Made by a program: the position numbers and the translations under genes. 64,000 bases of DNA from Candidatus Woesebacteria bacterium GW2011_GWB1_39_12 (GTDB lineage: Bacteria; Patescibacteriota; Microgenomatia; UBA8517): the NCBI GenBank assembly GCA_000993405.1, contig LBWB01000009.1, positions 13,848 through 77,847 on the forward strand. The letters run 5' to 3'. A model generated the notes under the pieces. That model did no database searches, was not told the DNA's origin, and saw only the letters and a program-made list of their open reading frames with translations. Shown piece by piece: positions 39,892 through 48,796 of this stretch (within the stretch, counting starts at the first letter, position 1; each line of letters begins with the position of its first letter).

Positions 39892-40614
39892 CTATTGTTT
39901 AACTCCAATTAATAATCCTCTTTCCTTCATAAGTCCATTTTTAAAATATTTTGAATCTAATCCCTCTTGCTTCATCAACTCTAAAGTTCTATCTATTTCA
40001 AACATCCCAAGTTCGTGTCTGTCAGAAAAATGGATAACACCTTTACCTTTCTCTGCAACCAAATAATGCATATCCATCACTGATAAGTTTCCATCAGCAG
40101 AAGACACATTTAATCTTGCTATTTTGATATCGGGAGCGTCATAAGTTGTCATATGAGGTGCACCAACTTTATAGGTCTTTTTTGTAAACCAGGGTTCAAT
40201 TATAACTACACCGCCCCTTCTTAAATGCCTAGCAAAGTTTTTTAACGTCCTTTGTAAATTTTCATAAGTTTTAACATATCCTATTGAACTAAATAAACAA
40301 GTAATTATGTCAAACTGTTTACCTAATTCCATATTAATCATGTCTGCTTGCCTAAAATCGATATTTTTTAGCCGCTGTCTTGCCATTTTTAACATACCGT
40401 CATTTATATCTACTCCTACACATTTAAATTCTTTCTTTAAATGTTCTAGATGTTTACCAGTTCCACAAGCAACTTCTAATAGCTCGTTTCTACTGGATTT
40501 CTTAAACCGTCCGATTAGCTTTTTAACTTTTAAAGCCTCTTCCCGATAATCTTTAAAAGAATATATAAGGTCGTAGTATTTGGCTGAATTTTTATATAAG
40601 AGTTGTTTTTTCAT
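39892..40614 (-). CDS. Class I SAM-dependent methyltransferase
   Basis: Motif I LEVACGTGKH; 240 aa. Confidence 0.8.
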   Translation of the reverse strand: MKKQLLYKNSAKYYDLIYSFKDYREEALKVKKLIGRFKKSSRNELLEVACGTGKHLEHLKKEFKCVGVDINDGMLKMARQRLKNIDFRQADMINMELGKQFDIITCLFSSIGYVKTYENLQRTLKNFARHLRRGGVVIIEPWFTKKTYKVGAPHMTTYDAPDIKIARLNVSSADGNLSVMDMHYLVAEKGKGVIHFSDRHELGMFEIDRTLELMKQEGLDSKYFKNGLMKERGLLIGVKQ

Positions 40615-40656
40615 TAACTGAAGTATATCAAATTTACAGAATTATCAAGAAGCCGT

Positions 40657-40670
40657 GGAGGAAATGGGTT
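40657..40670. repeat. Family-Y element GGAGGAAATGGGTT
   Basis: Downstream of the ZIP gene stop. Confidence 0.6.
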
Positions 40671-40684
40671 ATCAACTTCAATTA

Positions 40685-41506
40685 TTAACCCAGAGCAACG
40701 TCTAAAATCATCATTATTGTAAAACCCAGCATTGCGCCGATTGTGGCAACGTCGGTTGAATTTTTCTGTGATTCGGGAATGATTTCTTCAACCGATACAT
40801 AAATCATTGCTCCTGCTGCAAATGCAAGCGCATAAGGCAAAAGCGGGCGCATAGCCAAAATACCGACTACTCCGATAACCGCAGCAATAGGCTCAACAAT
40901 CGCCGATCCCTGACCAAAGAGAAAACTCTTTAATTTCCCTACACCCACACGCCTGAAGGGCATTGAAACCGCAAAGCCTTCTGGAAAATTCTGGATTCCG
41001 ATGCCTATGGCCAGAGCAATTGCACTAGCAATAGTTGCTCCGGGAATACCGGCCGCCGCTGCGCCAAATGCAACCCCCACCGCTAGCCCTTCGGGAAAAT
41101 TATGAAATGTTATTGCCAGAAACAGAAGAACGGTAGTATGCCAGCCTGTGGGTAAACCCTCAGGACGCGATCGCGATTTAACAATATTCAGGTGCGGCAG
41201 AATTTTATCCACAATCCATAAAAAAGCCCCTCCTGTTAGAAAACCTATTGCAGGAGGCACCCATTTTATTACACCCAATTGCCCACTGAGAACTATGGAC
41301 GGAGCCAGGAGAGACCAAAAACTGGCAGCGATCATAACGCCGGCCGCAAACCCAAGCATCGCGTCAAGCAACTTTTGTGTAACAGTGCGAAAGACAAATA
41401 CCCCTCCCGCACCGAGTGCCGTCATTCCCCAAGCAAAGAGACCTGCAATAAGTGCAGCAAATATTGGATGGTTGACTAGTACTGTTTGATCCATTAAATT
41501 GAACAT
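40685..41506 (-). CDS. ZIP family metal transporter (ZupT-like)
   Basis: HNFPEGLAVGVAF signature, 8 TM helices. Confidence 0.85.
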   Translation of the reverse strand: MFNLMDQTVLVNHPIFAALIAGLFAWGMTALGAGGVFVFRTVTQKLLDAMLGFAAGVMIAASFWSLLAPSIVLSGQLGVIKWVPPAIGFLTGGAFLWIVDKILPHLNIVKSRSRPEGLPTGWHTTVLLFLAITFHNFPEGLAVGVAFGAAAAGIPGATIASAIALAIGIGIQNFPEGFAVSMPFRRVGVGKLKSFLFGQGSAIVEPIAAVIGVVGILAMRPLLPYALAFAAGAMIYVSVEEIIPESQKNSTDVATIGAMLGFTIMMILDVALG

Positions 41507-41624
41507 ATTTTACTCTAAGAACTTATATTTACTATACTAGTTCCAAATGAAGATATCACAGGTTAAAACCCATGATATCTTCTCGCTAAATATTGATTTT
41601 TGCTTCATCCCCTAGTTGTGGTAT

Positions 41625-42317
41625 TTAATATTCTTCTACTACTCTGGGTCTATCTATATACAGGAGGGTTTTACTATTTACGATTTCAATAACCTCGTCC
41701 ACTGTTGCAAAAACATTTTTTAATTTTCTATATTCTTTCTCACTCATCCAAATGTTTCTACCTTCAGGAACAAGCTTCTTTAATTTTCCTTTAACATTAT
41801 CCACCCTATAAACCCAGAAGTATTTATCCTCCAAAAGTCTACCGTCTTTATGGAAATGGTGGTAATGGATAATTCCTTTCAATTCGAATTTTCCTGTCAA
41901 ACCGGTTTCTTCAAGAAACTCTCTCTTGGCACAATCTTGTGGATTTTCTCCCCATCTTATTTTTCCGCTATGGCTGCCGTACCAGCCGTAAAAAGGTTCT
42001 TTCAATCTTTGGTGCACAAGATACTCTGTAATTCCTTTATGTTCTCTTACTGCATGAAGAGCAACGGCCAGTTTTGCTTGCCTTTCGAGTTTCAAAGCAT
42101 CGGTGTCCATTCTATTAGCAAACTCCTTGCCGTCATCCGTAAGAGAATACCTTCCGTTTGTTTTTACCACTAAACCTTCTTTTAATAAGTGTTTAAGGTG
42201 GAAAGTAAAATGGTCGTTTGTTATGTCAACCTTTTTGAGGTCTCTAAATCTTGCGTTGGGTTTAAAAAGAAGTTCCCGTAAAATTGAAATTTGAAATTCG
42301 TGAATTTTGATTTCCAT
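41625..42317 (-). CDS. NUDIX hydrolase with N-terminal winged-helix DNA-binding domain
   Basis: HTH-like N-terminus; Nudix box GKIRWGENPQDCAKREFLEETGL. Confidence 0.65.
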   Translation of the reverse strand: MEIKIHEFQISILRELLFKPNARFRDLKKVDITNDHFTFHLKHLLKEGLVVKTNGRYSLTDDGKEFANRMDTDALKLERQAKLAVALHAVREHKGITEYLVHQRLKEPFYGWYGSHSGKIRWGENPQDCAKREFLEETGLTGKFELKGIIHYHHFHKDGRLLEDKYFWVYRVDNVKGKLKKLVPEGRNIWMSEKEYRKLKNVFATVDEVIEIVNSKTLLYIDRPRVVEEY

Positions 42318-42403
42318 GTTTACCGCTATTATTTACCACAAAATTCCAGAAGTCTAGTATAGTCAACTTAACCAAATGGATATTATCTAGTTTTCTAAGG
42401 CTG

Positions 42404-42418
42404 GAGGGGAAATGAAGT
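42404..42418. repeat. Family-Y element variant GGAGGGGAAATGAAG
   Basis: Immediately 3' of the 42420 gene stop. Confidence 0.45.
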
Positions 42419-42419
42419 A

Positions 42420-42719
42420 TTATGCAGTAGGGTGAATTTGAACTTTCTTCTCAACCTTTTCCATTCTTGGTTCAAGGTCATCATAAACCTTACTCGTCAA
42501 TACAATCTGTTCTTCTCTCATCGTTTTCAGCTCGGTCATTATCTCATCCATTTTGCTAAAGAAGTCTTCCTTAGACGGAAAATGCTTTAGTTTTTCATTA
42601 AGTTTCTCTTCCAATTCTTCATCAATAGTAATTTTCATCAAATCTTTAATTGCGTTTAAATCCTTATCTGTAAGTGCCATATTGCTATTTAAGTATATAA
42701 AAGAAAATCTGTCAATCAT
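42420..42719 (-). CDS. Hypothetical coiled-coil protein
   Basis: 99 aa charged/helical ORF. Confidence 0.45.
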   Translation of the reverse strand: MIDRFSFIYLNSNMALTDKDLNAIKDLMKITIDEELEEKLNEKLKHFPSKEDFFSKMDEIMTELKTMREEQIVLTSKVYDDLEPRMEKVEKKVQIHPTA

Positions 42720-42735
42720 TTAAAATCACATCTCT

Positions 42736-42750
42736 GGAGGAAATGGGTTC
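42736..42750. repeat. Family-Y element GGAGGAAATGGGTTC overlapping the stop of the NUDIX gene
   Basis: Seen in sequence. Confidence 0.6.
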
Positions 42751-43275
42751 TTATCCATTCTTGTCTACTCTCTGATTGAGAGATTTTACCAGTTGTGAGT
42801 TTTTCCATTGGATGTTTGTGTACAAAATACCTGGTTTGTCGTTAAGTACGTGGTCAAAATAATATTTCGCTGGCGGAAAAACGTTATCCATAACAAGTAG
42901 TTCTTCAAGTGGTATCCATTTGGCATTTCCTTCCAGATCTTCTTTTTTTTCCTTTTGGTTTTTCTTGATGGTTGCCAGAAAGACAAAAGATACCCAGACT
43001 TCTTTCCTATCCATGTGGTGATGAAGAGCTATACCCTTCAATTTTATGTCGTCTAAATCAACTTTAACTCCAGCCTCTTCGTCTATTTCTCTTACAGCTG
43101 CCAAAAGAGCATCTTCATCATGATCGATATGGCCACCCGGTCCAATCCAAAAACCCGGAAATTTACTGGCAGTGTCGCTTCTTTTGAACATCAATACTTT
43201 GCCATCTTTGATTACATAGCACTCCGACGCAAGCATTATCTGGCCTAGCTCGTCTAAATGCTTTGATTCATTCAT
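42751..43275 (-). CDS. NUDIX hydrolase
   Basis: Nudix box GPGGHIDHDEDALLAAVREIDEEAGV. Confidence 0.8.
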   Translation of the reverse strand: MNESKHLDELGQIMLASECYVIKDGKVLMFKRSDTASKFPGFWIGPGGHIDHDEDALLAAVREIDEEAGVKVDLDDIKLKGIALHHHMDRKEVWVSFVFLATIKKNQKEKKEDLEGNAKWIPLEELLVMDNVFPPAKYYFDHVLNDKPGILYTNIQWKNSQLVKSLNQRVDKNG

Positions 43276-43324
43276 ACAGAATTAATTATATAATACTTTA
43301 GGCAATATAATGCGAAAATGCTGC

Positions 43325-43339
43325 GGGGGAAATGGGTTC
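43325..43339. repeat. Family-Y element GGGGGAAATGGGTTC overlapping the EamA gene stop
   Basis: Seen in sequence. Confidence 0.6.
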
Positions 43340-44221
43340 TTAAGTTCTTCTATATAAAACAGCATTTATATTTGGAAGTATTGCGGCTGAAATTATTAAT
43401 AAACCACCAAGATATGTCGCAGGTTGAGGATACTCCTTGAAAACAAAATAGGAAAATAGTGTTGCGAATATAATCTCGACCGGTAGAATAATGCTTCCTA
43501 CCTGGGCTTCGATATTTTTAAACCCGTAAACTATCAGGCCGACATTTACTGTTTGGACAAGTGCATAGACAAATATCCAAAACCATTTAACTGAAGAGGA
43601 TTCCATTGGCAGTTTTTCTTTAAAAAGCATGGATCCAATAAGTGCAGCAATTACCCCCCCCGCCGCATCCATCATAACTATTTGGTTATTAGAATAATGA
43701 TCAGAGAACTTCTTCGAAATCGTATTCCAAACACCTGTCATAAATCCGGATGTAAAAGCCAGAATAACATAAATGACTTCGTTTGAGCTAATACTAAATC
43801 TGTAAATTATTACAAGTCCCAGAAAGCAAAGCACCAAAGACGCAGTTTTTGAAATATTTAACTTCTCTTTAAAAAATATCTTCCCGGAAATGAATCCTGC
43901 AGCAATCATCGACGAATAAATTATCAAATATGTCGTTCCGATTTGGAGATTGTTAAATGCAATAAATGTTAAAACCGTCACCCAAGATCCGGATAAAAGC
44001 CATAAAATAATCCATTTCAGATCTTCCTTTCGAATTGCCAGAAGCTTGGTCTTTCTTATGACTATCACGCCAGCAATTAATGCGAGAACAATCAGGTTTC
44101 TTACCCAGTTTTGACTAAAACTTCCAAAAGAAGTTCCAATTAATCTTGAAAATATCCCATAAAGTCCATAAAATCCCGCAGCAGTAAAAAGTGAAATTGC
44201 ACCAAACTTCTGATTCTTCAT
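43340..44221 (-). CDS. EamA/DMT family transporter
   Basis: 293 aa, ~10 TM helices. Confidence 0.7.
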   Translation of the reverse strand: MKNQKFGAISLFTAAGFYGLYGIFSRLIGTSFGSFSQNWVRNLIVLALIAGVIVIRKTKLLAIRKEDLKWIILWLLSGSWVTVLTFIAFNNLQIGTTYLIIYSSMIAAGFISGKIFFKEKLNISKTASLVLCFLGLVIIYRFSISSNEVIYVILAFTSGFMTGVWNTISKKFSDHYSNNQIVMMDAAGGVIAALIGSMLFKEKLPMESSSVKWFWIFVYALVQTVNVGLIVYGFKNIEAQVGSIILPVEIIFATLFSYFVFKEYPQPATYLGGLLIISAAILPNINAVLYRRT

Positions 44222-44241
44222 TACAAATTAAATTTTATCAC

Positions 44242-44313
44242 GATCCTGAGTGAAATCGAAGGATTATAATCCTGAGTTCATCGAAGGACTCCGGAGTTAA
44301 TTTGAAGACAAAT
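44242..44313. repeat. Extended family-X element (72 nt): direct repeats ATCCTGAGT..TCGAAGGA x2, palindrome AGGATTATAATCCT, CTCCGGAG, AATTTGAAGACAAAT
   Basis: ~95% identical to 46013-46083; contains a TATAAT hexamer inside the palindrome. Confidence 0.7.
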
Positions 44314-44819
44314 TATTTATTGATTTTATACCTGTTAAATGCCTCCACAAATCCCGGTGGAAAATCTTTTGGGTTATCTTCCATCATTTTTTCCACAGTA
44401 GCCAAACTAAACCATCGCCCGCCACTCAGCTCATTCTGGTCCAACATTATCGCTCCGTCAAAAATAGTTGTGTAAAGAGTACTAAATTCTTTTAGTAACT
44501 GTCCCTTAAAATCTTGCTCTTTGTAAAATTTTGTAATCCTATCCAGTGTCGAGGTGCTAATCCCCAATTCTTCTCTCAACTCACGCATTGCAGCTTCATC
44601 GTAAGTTTCACCCTCATCAACATGTCCGCCCGCTGATTGATCCCATGTGTCAGGGTAAGTTGTCATACTAGCACTCCTCCTTTGAAGGTACATCTCACCC
44701 TTACTGTTAAATACAAATATTCTAACAATTCTTCTTATTAAACCATTTTTAAATGCAGTCTCTTTATCCTCCGAGCCAACGACATTATCATTCTTATCAA
44801 CAATTACCACTTTCGACAT
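44313..44819 (-). CDS. NUDIX hydrolase (IPP-isomerase-like fold)
   Basis: Nudix box SAGGHVDEGETYDEAAMRELREELGI. Confidence 0.75.
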   Translation of the reverse strand: MSKVVIVDKNDNVVGSEDKETAFKNGLIRRIVRIFVFNSKGEMYLQRRSASMTTYPDTWDQSAGGHVDEGETYDEAAMRELREELGISTSTLDRITKFYKEQDFKGQLLKEFSTLYTTIFDGAIMLDQNELSGGRWFSLATVEKMMEDNPKDFPPGFVEAFNRYKINK

Positions 44820-44841
44820 AATGAAATTATATCATTTTCTT

Positions 44842-44864
44842 CTGGAGTCAATTTGAAGACAAAT
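44842..44864. repeat. Family-X core CTGGAGTCAATTTGAAGACAAAT
   Basis: Between the DUF5615 stop and the NUDIX start. Confidence 0.6.
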
Positions 44865-44880
44865 ATTCTTTCCTGAAATT

Positions 44881-45258
44881 TTAACTAACTATCCTAAAAC
44901 CTGTTTCCTTGACTACAGTTAGTTTATTGTTTAAGTTTATTGAGGGTTTTGGATTCTCAATAAACCTTCTGAGAATTTCATTGACGTTCTCGGGTGTTTG
45001 ATTTTTTGTTCGTACATGTATTATTCCAATCTTGCCCTTCTCACGGAAATACCATAGATCCGCAAAATCACGGTCAAAGGTAATAATAATTCTTGCTTCC
45101 CTTTTAGCTTTCTTCACTACCTCTTCATCAGACAAATAATGAAGCTTTTGCTCAAGAATTGAGGTAGCATCAAAATTAAGATTTCTCAAAAATTCTGCAG
45201 TAAGTGGAGAAAGATTTGCATCCAAAAGAAATTTAGGCAAAGTTGTAGTTTTCCTCAC
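44881..45258 (-). CDS. DUF5615 (PIN-like) protein, second copy
   Basis: KFLLDANLSP...ARIIITFDRDF. Confidence 0.65.
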   Translation of the reverse strand: MRKTTTLPKFLLDANLSPLTAEFLRNLNFDATSILEQKLHYLSDEEVVKKAKREARIIITFDRDFADLWYFREKGKIGIIHVRTKNQTPENVNEILRRFIENPKPSINLNNKLTVVKETGFRIVS

Positions 45259-45460
45259 GATTTAACTTCTCTGCTGCAAATGCGAGCGCTGCCTCAATTT
45301 GCTTTCTGGTAATAGGTGGGTAAGCTTTCGCTATTTTTTCAAAAGTGTATCCATTTGCAAGAAGGTTAAGGATAGTTCCCACAGGAATCCTAGTGCCTTT
45401 TATGACGGGCTTACCAACCATCACCTTCGGATTGATTTCAATATACTTATCGTATTTCAT
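45233..45460 (-). CDS. DUF433 protein, second copy (overlaps DUF5615 gene by 26 nt)
   Basis: VMVGKPVIKGTRIPVGTILNLLANGYT. Confidence 0.7.
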   Translation of the reverse strand: MKYDKYIEINPKVMVGKPVIKGTRIPVGTILNLLANGYTFEKIAKAYPPITRKQIEAALAFAAEKLNREENYNFA

Positions 45461-45516
45461 ACCCGTTATTGTAGCACTTCAATCAAGACGTAGTAAGTGC
45501 AGAACTTCCACAAAAC

Positions 45517-45541
45517 CTCCGGAGCTAATTTGAAGACAAAT
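45517..45541. repeat. Family-X core CTCCGGAGCTAATTTGAAGACAAAT abutting the HIT gene stop
   Basis: Seen in sequence. Confidence 0.6.
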
Positions 45542-45996
45542 TATAAATTTTCCTTTAATTCTTTAATGATCTTTATTAGAACGTCTTCGGGTTGTAAAAA
45601 GATTCTATCTTGCCCTCGAGCATAATGTGAGCCAAATTCAGGATCTTTAAAGGTAAGTCCTGCAAACTTCACGTCTCTTTCATATCTTGGCCTTACATGC
45701 CAATGAATATGCGGATTAGCCGTTTTTTCTTTAAAAGCATTATTCATTAAACAGGACCAATTGATGAGTTTCGCATCAAAAGTTCTTTTAAAACAACTTT
45801 CAAGTTTTCTTACTAATTCAGAAAAATCTAACCATTCGTCTTTTGTTAATTCAGAAAGACTTCCGCAATGCCTTTTTAAAGAAACAAAAGAACGTCCTAA
45901 ATATTCCTGATTTTCATTGATATCAACTTTCCAAAATTTAGTTTGAGTAATCGTTCTACCGAAATTATTCAGAAAAGGGCAAACATCGCAGTTCAT
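45541..45996 (-). CDS. HIT family hydrolase
   Basis: HIHWHVRP histidine triad; N-terminal CxxC. Confidence 0.7.
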   Translation of the reverse strand: MNCDVCPFLNNFGRTITQTKFWKVDINENQEYLGRSFVSLKRHCGSLSELTKDEWLDFSELVRKLESCFKRTFDAKLINWSCLMNNAFKEKTANPHIHWHVRPRYERDVKFAGLTFKDPEFGSHYARGQDRIFLQPEDVLIKIIKELKENL

Positions 45997-46012
45997 GAGC
46001 CAATTTTACCAT

Positions 46013-46083
46013 GATCCTGAGTCAAATCGAAGGATTATAATCCTGAGTTTACCGAAGGACTCCGGAGCTAATTTGAAGACAAA
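46013..46083. repeat. Extended family-X element, second copy, in the divergent region between the HIT and SGNH genes
   Basis: ~95% identity to 44242-44313. Confidence 0.7.
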
Positions 46084-46113
46084 TGATTATTTCAGATACG
46101 ATACAATGGTTGG

Positions 46114-46971
46114 ATGGATATTCAAAAAAAGGATGTTTTCATACGATTGTTATCTCTTTCTGTTCTTTTTCTTATTTTCGTCGCCTCCTTATCAAATGTT
46201 CAAAGACCTCAGAAAGTTAATCCTGCGCGGGGATTCAACCCGACATACACGCCCACTCCTATCCCTTTTAATCCTTTTCCTTACAAAATTCCAACCATTC
46301 CTTATTCCCGTGCGTATCGAACGATGCTCGTCGGAGATTCAATAGTCGGCTCTCTCGGGCCAAACGCAGACCGCCTGCGCCAACACCTGATAGTTTTTTA
46401 CCCGAGTCATGAATTTGTTAACTATAATTACGGTTTCGGCGCAACCAGTATAGAAACGTTACCAGAGAGACTCGCTGAAAATACTGTTTATAGAGGTCAA
46501 AGTTATCAGCCGATTTTATCCCAGGGCTTTGATCTTATCATTGTAGAATCATTTGGCTACAATCCCCTCTCGCAGTTAAATGAAGGGGAAGGCCTTGCAA
46601 AACACATGCAAATTTTGGACGAAAACATAAAGAAAATTATCATAGAAAAACCCCACTCAGTAGTTGCAATAATGACCCCAATTGCTCCGAATAAAAGTTA
46701 TTTTGCGAAGGGCGTCTATGACCTTTCCTCAGAGGAAAGAATTAAGTGGGCAAATGAGCGGATTTCATATATCGAAGCCGTAATTGTCTATGCGAAGGAT
46801 AACGAAATTCCTCTCATTAATGTTTATGAGAAATCTTTGACCGCCCAAGACGACGGCAATCTAGCCTACATCAATCCGGATGATTATGTTCACCCCTCAG
46901 CCGAGGGTATTGAACTTATTAGTAGAACTATTGCGGAATTCATCTTTAGCGCTAAAATCTTCCCGGAGTAG
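46114..46971 (+). CDS. SGNH/GDSL-type hydrolase, secreted
   Basis: Block I LVGDSIVGS; block V DDYVHPS; N-terminal signal anchor. Confidence 0.65.
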   Translation: MDIQKKDVFIRLLSLSVLFLIFVASLSNVQRPQKVNPARGFNPTYTPTPIPFNPFPYKIPTIPYSRAYRTMLVGDSIVGSLGPNADRLRQHLIVFYPSHEFVNYNYGFGATSIETLPERLAENTVYRGQSYQPILSQGFDLIIVESFGYNPLSQLNEGEGLAKHMQILDENIKKIIIEKPHSVVAIMTPIAPNKSYFAKGVYDLSSEERIKWANERISYIEAVIVYAKDNEIPLINVYEKSLTAQDDGNLAYINPDDYVHPSAEGIELISRTIAEFIFSAKIFPE

Positions 46972-46975
46972 ACAA

Positions 46976-47539
46976 TTACTTAAACATAACCACCCATTTA
47001 TAATCTGGAAGAATCAGAAGCGGAAGTTTTTCCTTGTAAGAAGCTAGTTTTTTGATTATCTTTATATCCCCTTGCTTATAATGACAATACGACTTTATAT
47101 CTAGAATTCCCAAACCTCTCTCAATTTTCTGAACTTCGTTTCCGTAATAATACTTAGCCAGACAATTTACTCCAGCAGACGAACCTCCAACAACCTTACC
47201 CTCAAGTAACTTACCAAGATTTTTTGTTACCGCAAGTTTCTTGATCAACTTATCTGTTGCAAAACCACCCGCAAGATAGATAAGATCAGCCCATTTCACC
47301 TGCTCAGGGAAGTTATTAACTTCTGCTAATTTAAACTCGACATTTTTACCCTTAGCAAAATACCTGAATGTCTCGCTGTGCCGTTTAAATTTATCTTCAA
47401 CTTTATTCTCGTCGCTTGCAAAATAAGTCATAAGAAGATTGAGGTTTTCTTTATTTCCGATAGTCATTTCTTTAAAGAAACCGTAGTTGTCTTGATTTTT
47501 GTCGCCAAGATTCCCGCCGTGCAAAACAAATTTAATCAT
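46976..47539 (-). CDS. Peptidase S51 (dipeptidase E/cyanophycinase-like) family protein
   Basis: GGSSAG nucleophile motif. Confidence 0.6.
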   Translation of the reverse strand: MIKFVLHGGNLGDKNQDNYGFFKEMTIGNKENLNLLMTYFASDENKVEDKFKRHSETFRYFAKGKNVEFKLAEVNNFPEQVKWADLIYLAGGFATDKLIKKLAVTKNLGKLLEGKVVGGSSAGVNCLAKYYYGNEVQKIERGLGILDIKSYCHYKQGDIKIIKKLASYKEKLPLLILPDYKWVVMFK

Positions 47540-47561
47540 TAGCGAATTATATCAAATTTCT

Positions 47562-47583
47562 CGAAGCTAATTTGAAGACAAAT
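47562..47583. repeat. Family-X core CGAAGCTAATTTGAAGACAAAT
   Basis: Between the receiver gene stop and the S51 gene start. Confidence 0.6.
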
Positions 47584-47602
47584 CTTAATATGGAGATTGC
47601 AT

Positions 47603-47977
47603 TCATTGGGCTGGGCCGATGAGGGATTGGAGCTTGGCGACCAAACCCGTTATTGCAAAATCAGTTTTGACAATGTAGTCTTTAGCTCCCAAGCCCATTG
47701 CTTTCTCTATATCTTCTTTTTGACCTAAGTTAGAGGCAACAATAACAGGAATATTTTTCCACTCGTCATTTTTCTTCATCTCGGAAAGAACCGAGAAACC
47801 GTCCTTTTTTGGCATTACCAAGTCCAATATAATAAGATCGAATTTGCCCTTTTGAAGCGCCGCAAGTGTTTCCTCACCGTCTGCAACCAAAGTTACGTCG
47901 TATGAAGCTTTAGTAAGTTTTACTCTATAGGCATTTGCTAAAAATTTATCATCTTCGGCAACAAGTATTTTCTTCAT
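47603..47977 (-). CDS. Single-domain response regulator (CheY-like receiver) 3
   Basis: ILVAEDD...DLIILDLVMPKKDG...K; 124 aa. Confidence 0.85.
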   Translation of the reverse strand: MKKILVAEDDKFLANAYRVKLTKASYDVTLVADGEETLAALQKGKFDLIILDLVMPKKDGFSVLSEMKKNDEWKNIPVIVASNLGQKEDIEKAMGLGAKDYIVKTDFAITGLVAKLQSLIGPAQ

Positions 47978-48357
47978 GAATTCTTAAGTGTCTCGCGAAC
48001 CTTGGCAACAACTTCATCTAACTTCCAATCAGTCTTTACTAGATAGGAGTTGACTCCTTTATCTTTGCTTTCTTCAATGGTTGATGCATCGCTTAAGTTT
48101 GAAAGAATTATTACGGGAACATTTTTCCCCCACTCATCTTCCCGAAGTCTATCAAGAAGCGTAACCCCGTCCATAACCGGAAGAACGATGTCTAAAAGTA
48201 CCAGATTGGGATGTTTCTCTAAAGCTGCCGCCAAACCTTCTCCACCATCAAAAGCCTCCAAAACTTCAAACCCTCCTTTTTCCAGCTTTCTTTTTATCGC
48301 CTTAGAAAGAAGCCTCTCATCTTCTACTAATAATACGATTGTCTTTTTATCACTCAT
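47974..48357 (-). CDS. Single-domain response regulator (CheY-like receiver) 2
   Basis: 127 aa receiver domain; ATGA overlap with the next gene. Confidence 0.85.
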   Translation of the reverse strand: MSDKKTIVLLVEDERLLSKAIKRKLEKGGFEVLEAFDGGEGLAAALEKHPNLVLLDIVLPVMDGVTLLDRLREDEWGKNVPVIILSNLSDASTIEESKDKGVNSYLVKTDWKLDEVVAKVRETLKNS

Positions 48358-48389
48358 ACTACTTGCTCTTAGCCATTATAGTTTTACAC

Positions 48390-48776
48390 TCAGTTCTTTT
48401 CAACGGTTTCCCGAAGTATTTCTATAATGTCCTCAAGTCTATATTGCGCTTTTAATAAATACTGTTTTACTCCAAGTTCGAGCATCGAATTTTTCTTTTC
48501 GTCGCTGGCTGAATTACTGACTACAACAACAGGTATTTTTGCCCAGGCTTCTTTTTTCTTCAATTCCCGCATAAACTCCAATCCGTTCATGTCCTCAAGA
48601 TAGTAATCGAGCCAAATAACGTCCGGAAATTCTGTTATATTAGTTAAATAATCTATCGCTTGCTTGGCCGAAGTACACGTAATAGGTTCAAAACCCTTGC
48701 TTGTTAATTTTTTGGAAATAGCCTGAAGAAGCAGCTCTTCATCTTCAATTACCATCACTTTTATCGTTTTTTCCAT
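48390..48776 (-). CDS. Single-domain response regulator (CheY-like receiver) 1
   Basis: 128 aa receiver domain. Confidence 0.85.
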   Translation of the reverse strand: MEKTIKVMVIEDEELLLQAISKKLTSKGFEPITCTSAKQAIDYLTNITEFPDVIWLDYYLEDMNGLEFMRELKKKEAWAKIPVVVVSNSASDEKKNSMLELGVKQYLLKAQYRLEDIIEILRETVEKN

Positions 48777-48796
48777 TTCTTTTATTATATATTATC

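Noticed and set aside
39876-43339. Plus-strand micro-ORFs (3-13 aa) starting at GGAGGAAATGGG as real protein-coding genes
   Set aside because: Too short and not conserved in sequence between copies. Reported as a motif rather than as CDSs.
39892-47539. Calling the island a bona fide integron
   Set aside because: No integrase or attI is in the window, and the inter-gene elements (15-72 nt) are shorter than typical attC sites. Described only as cassette-array-like.
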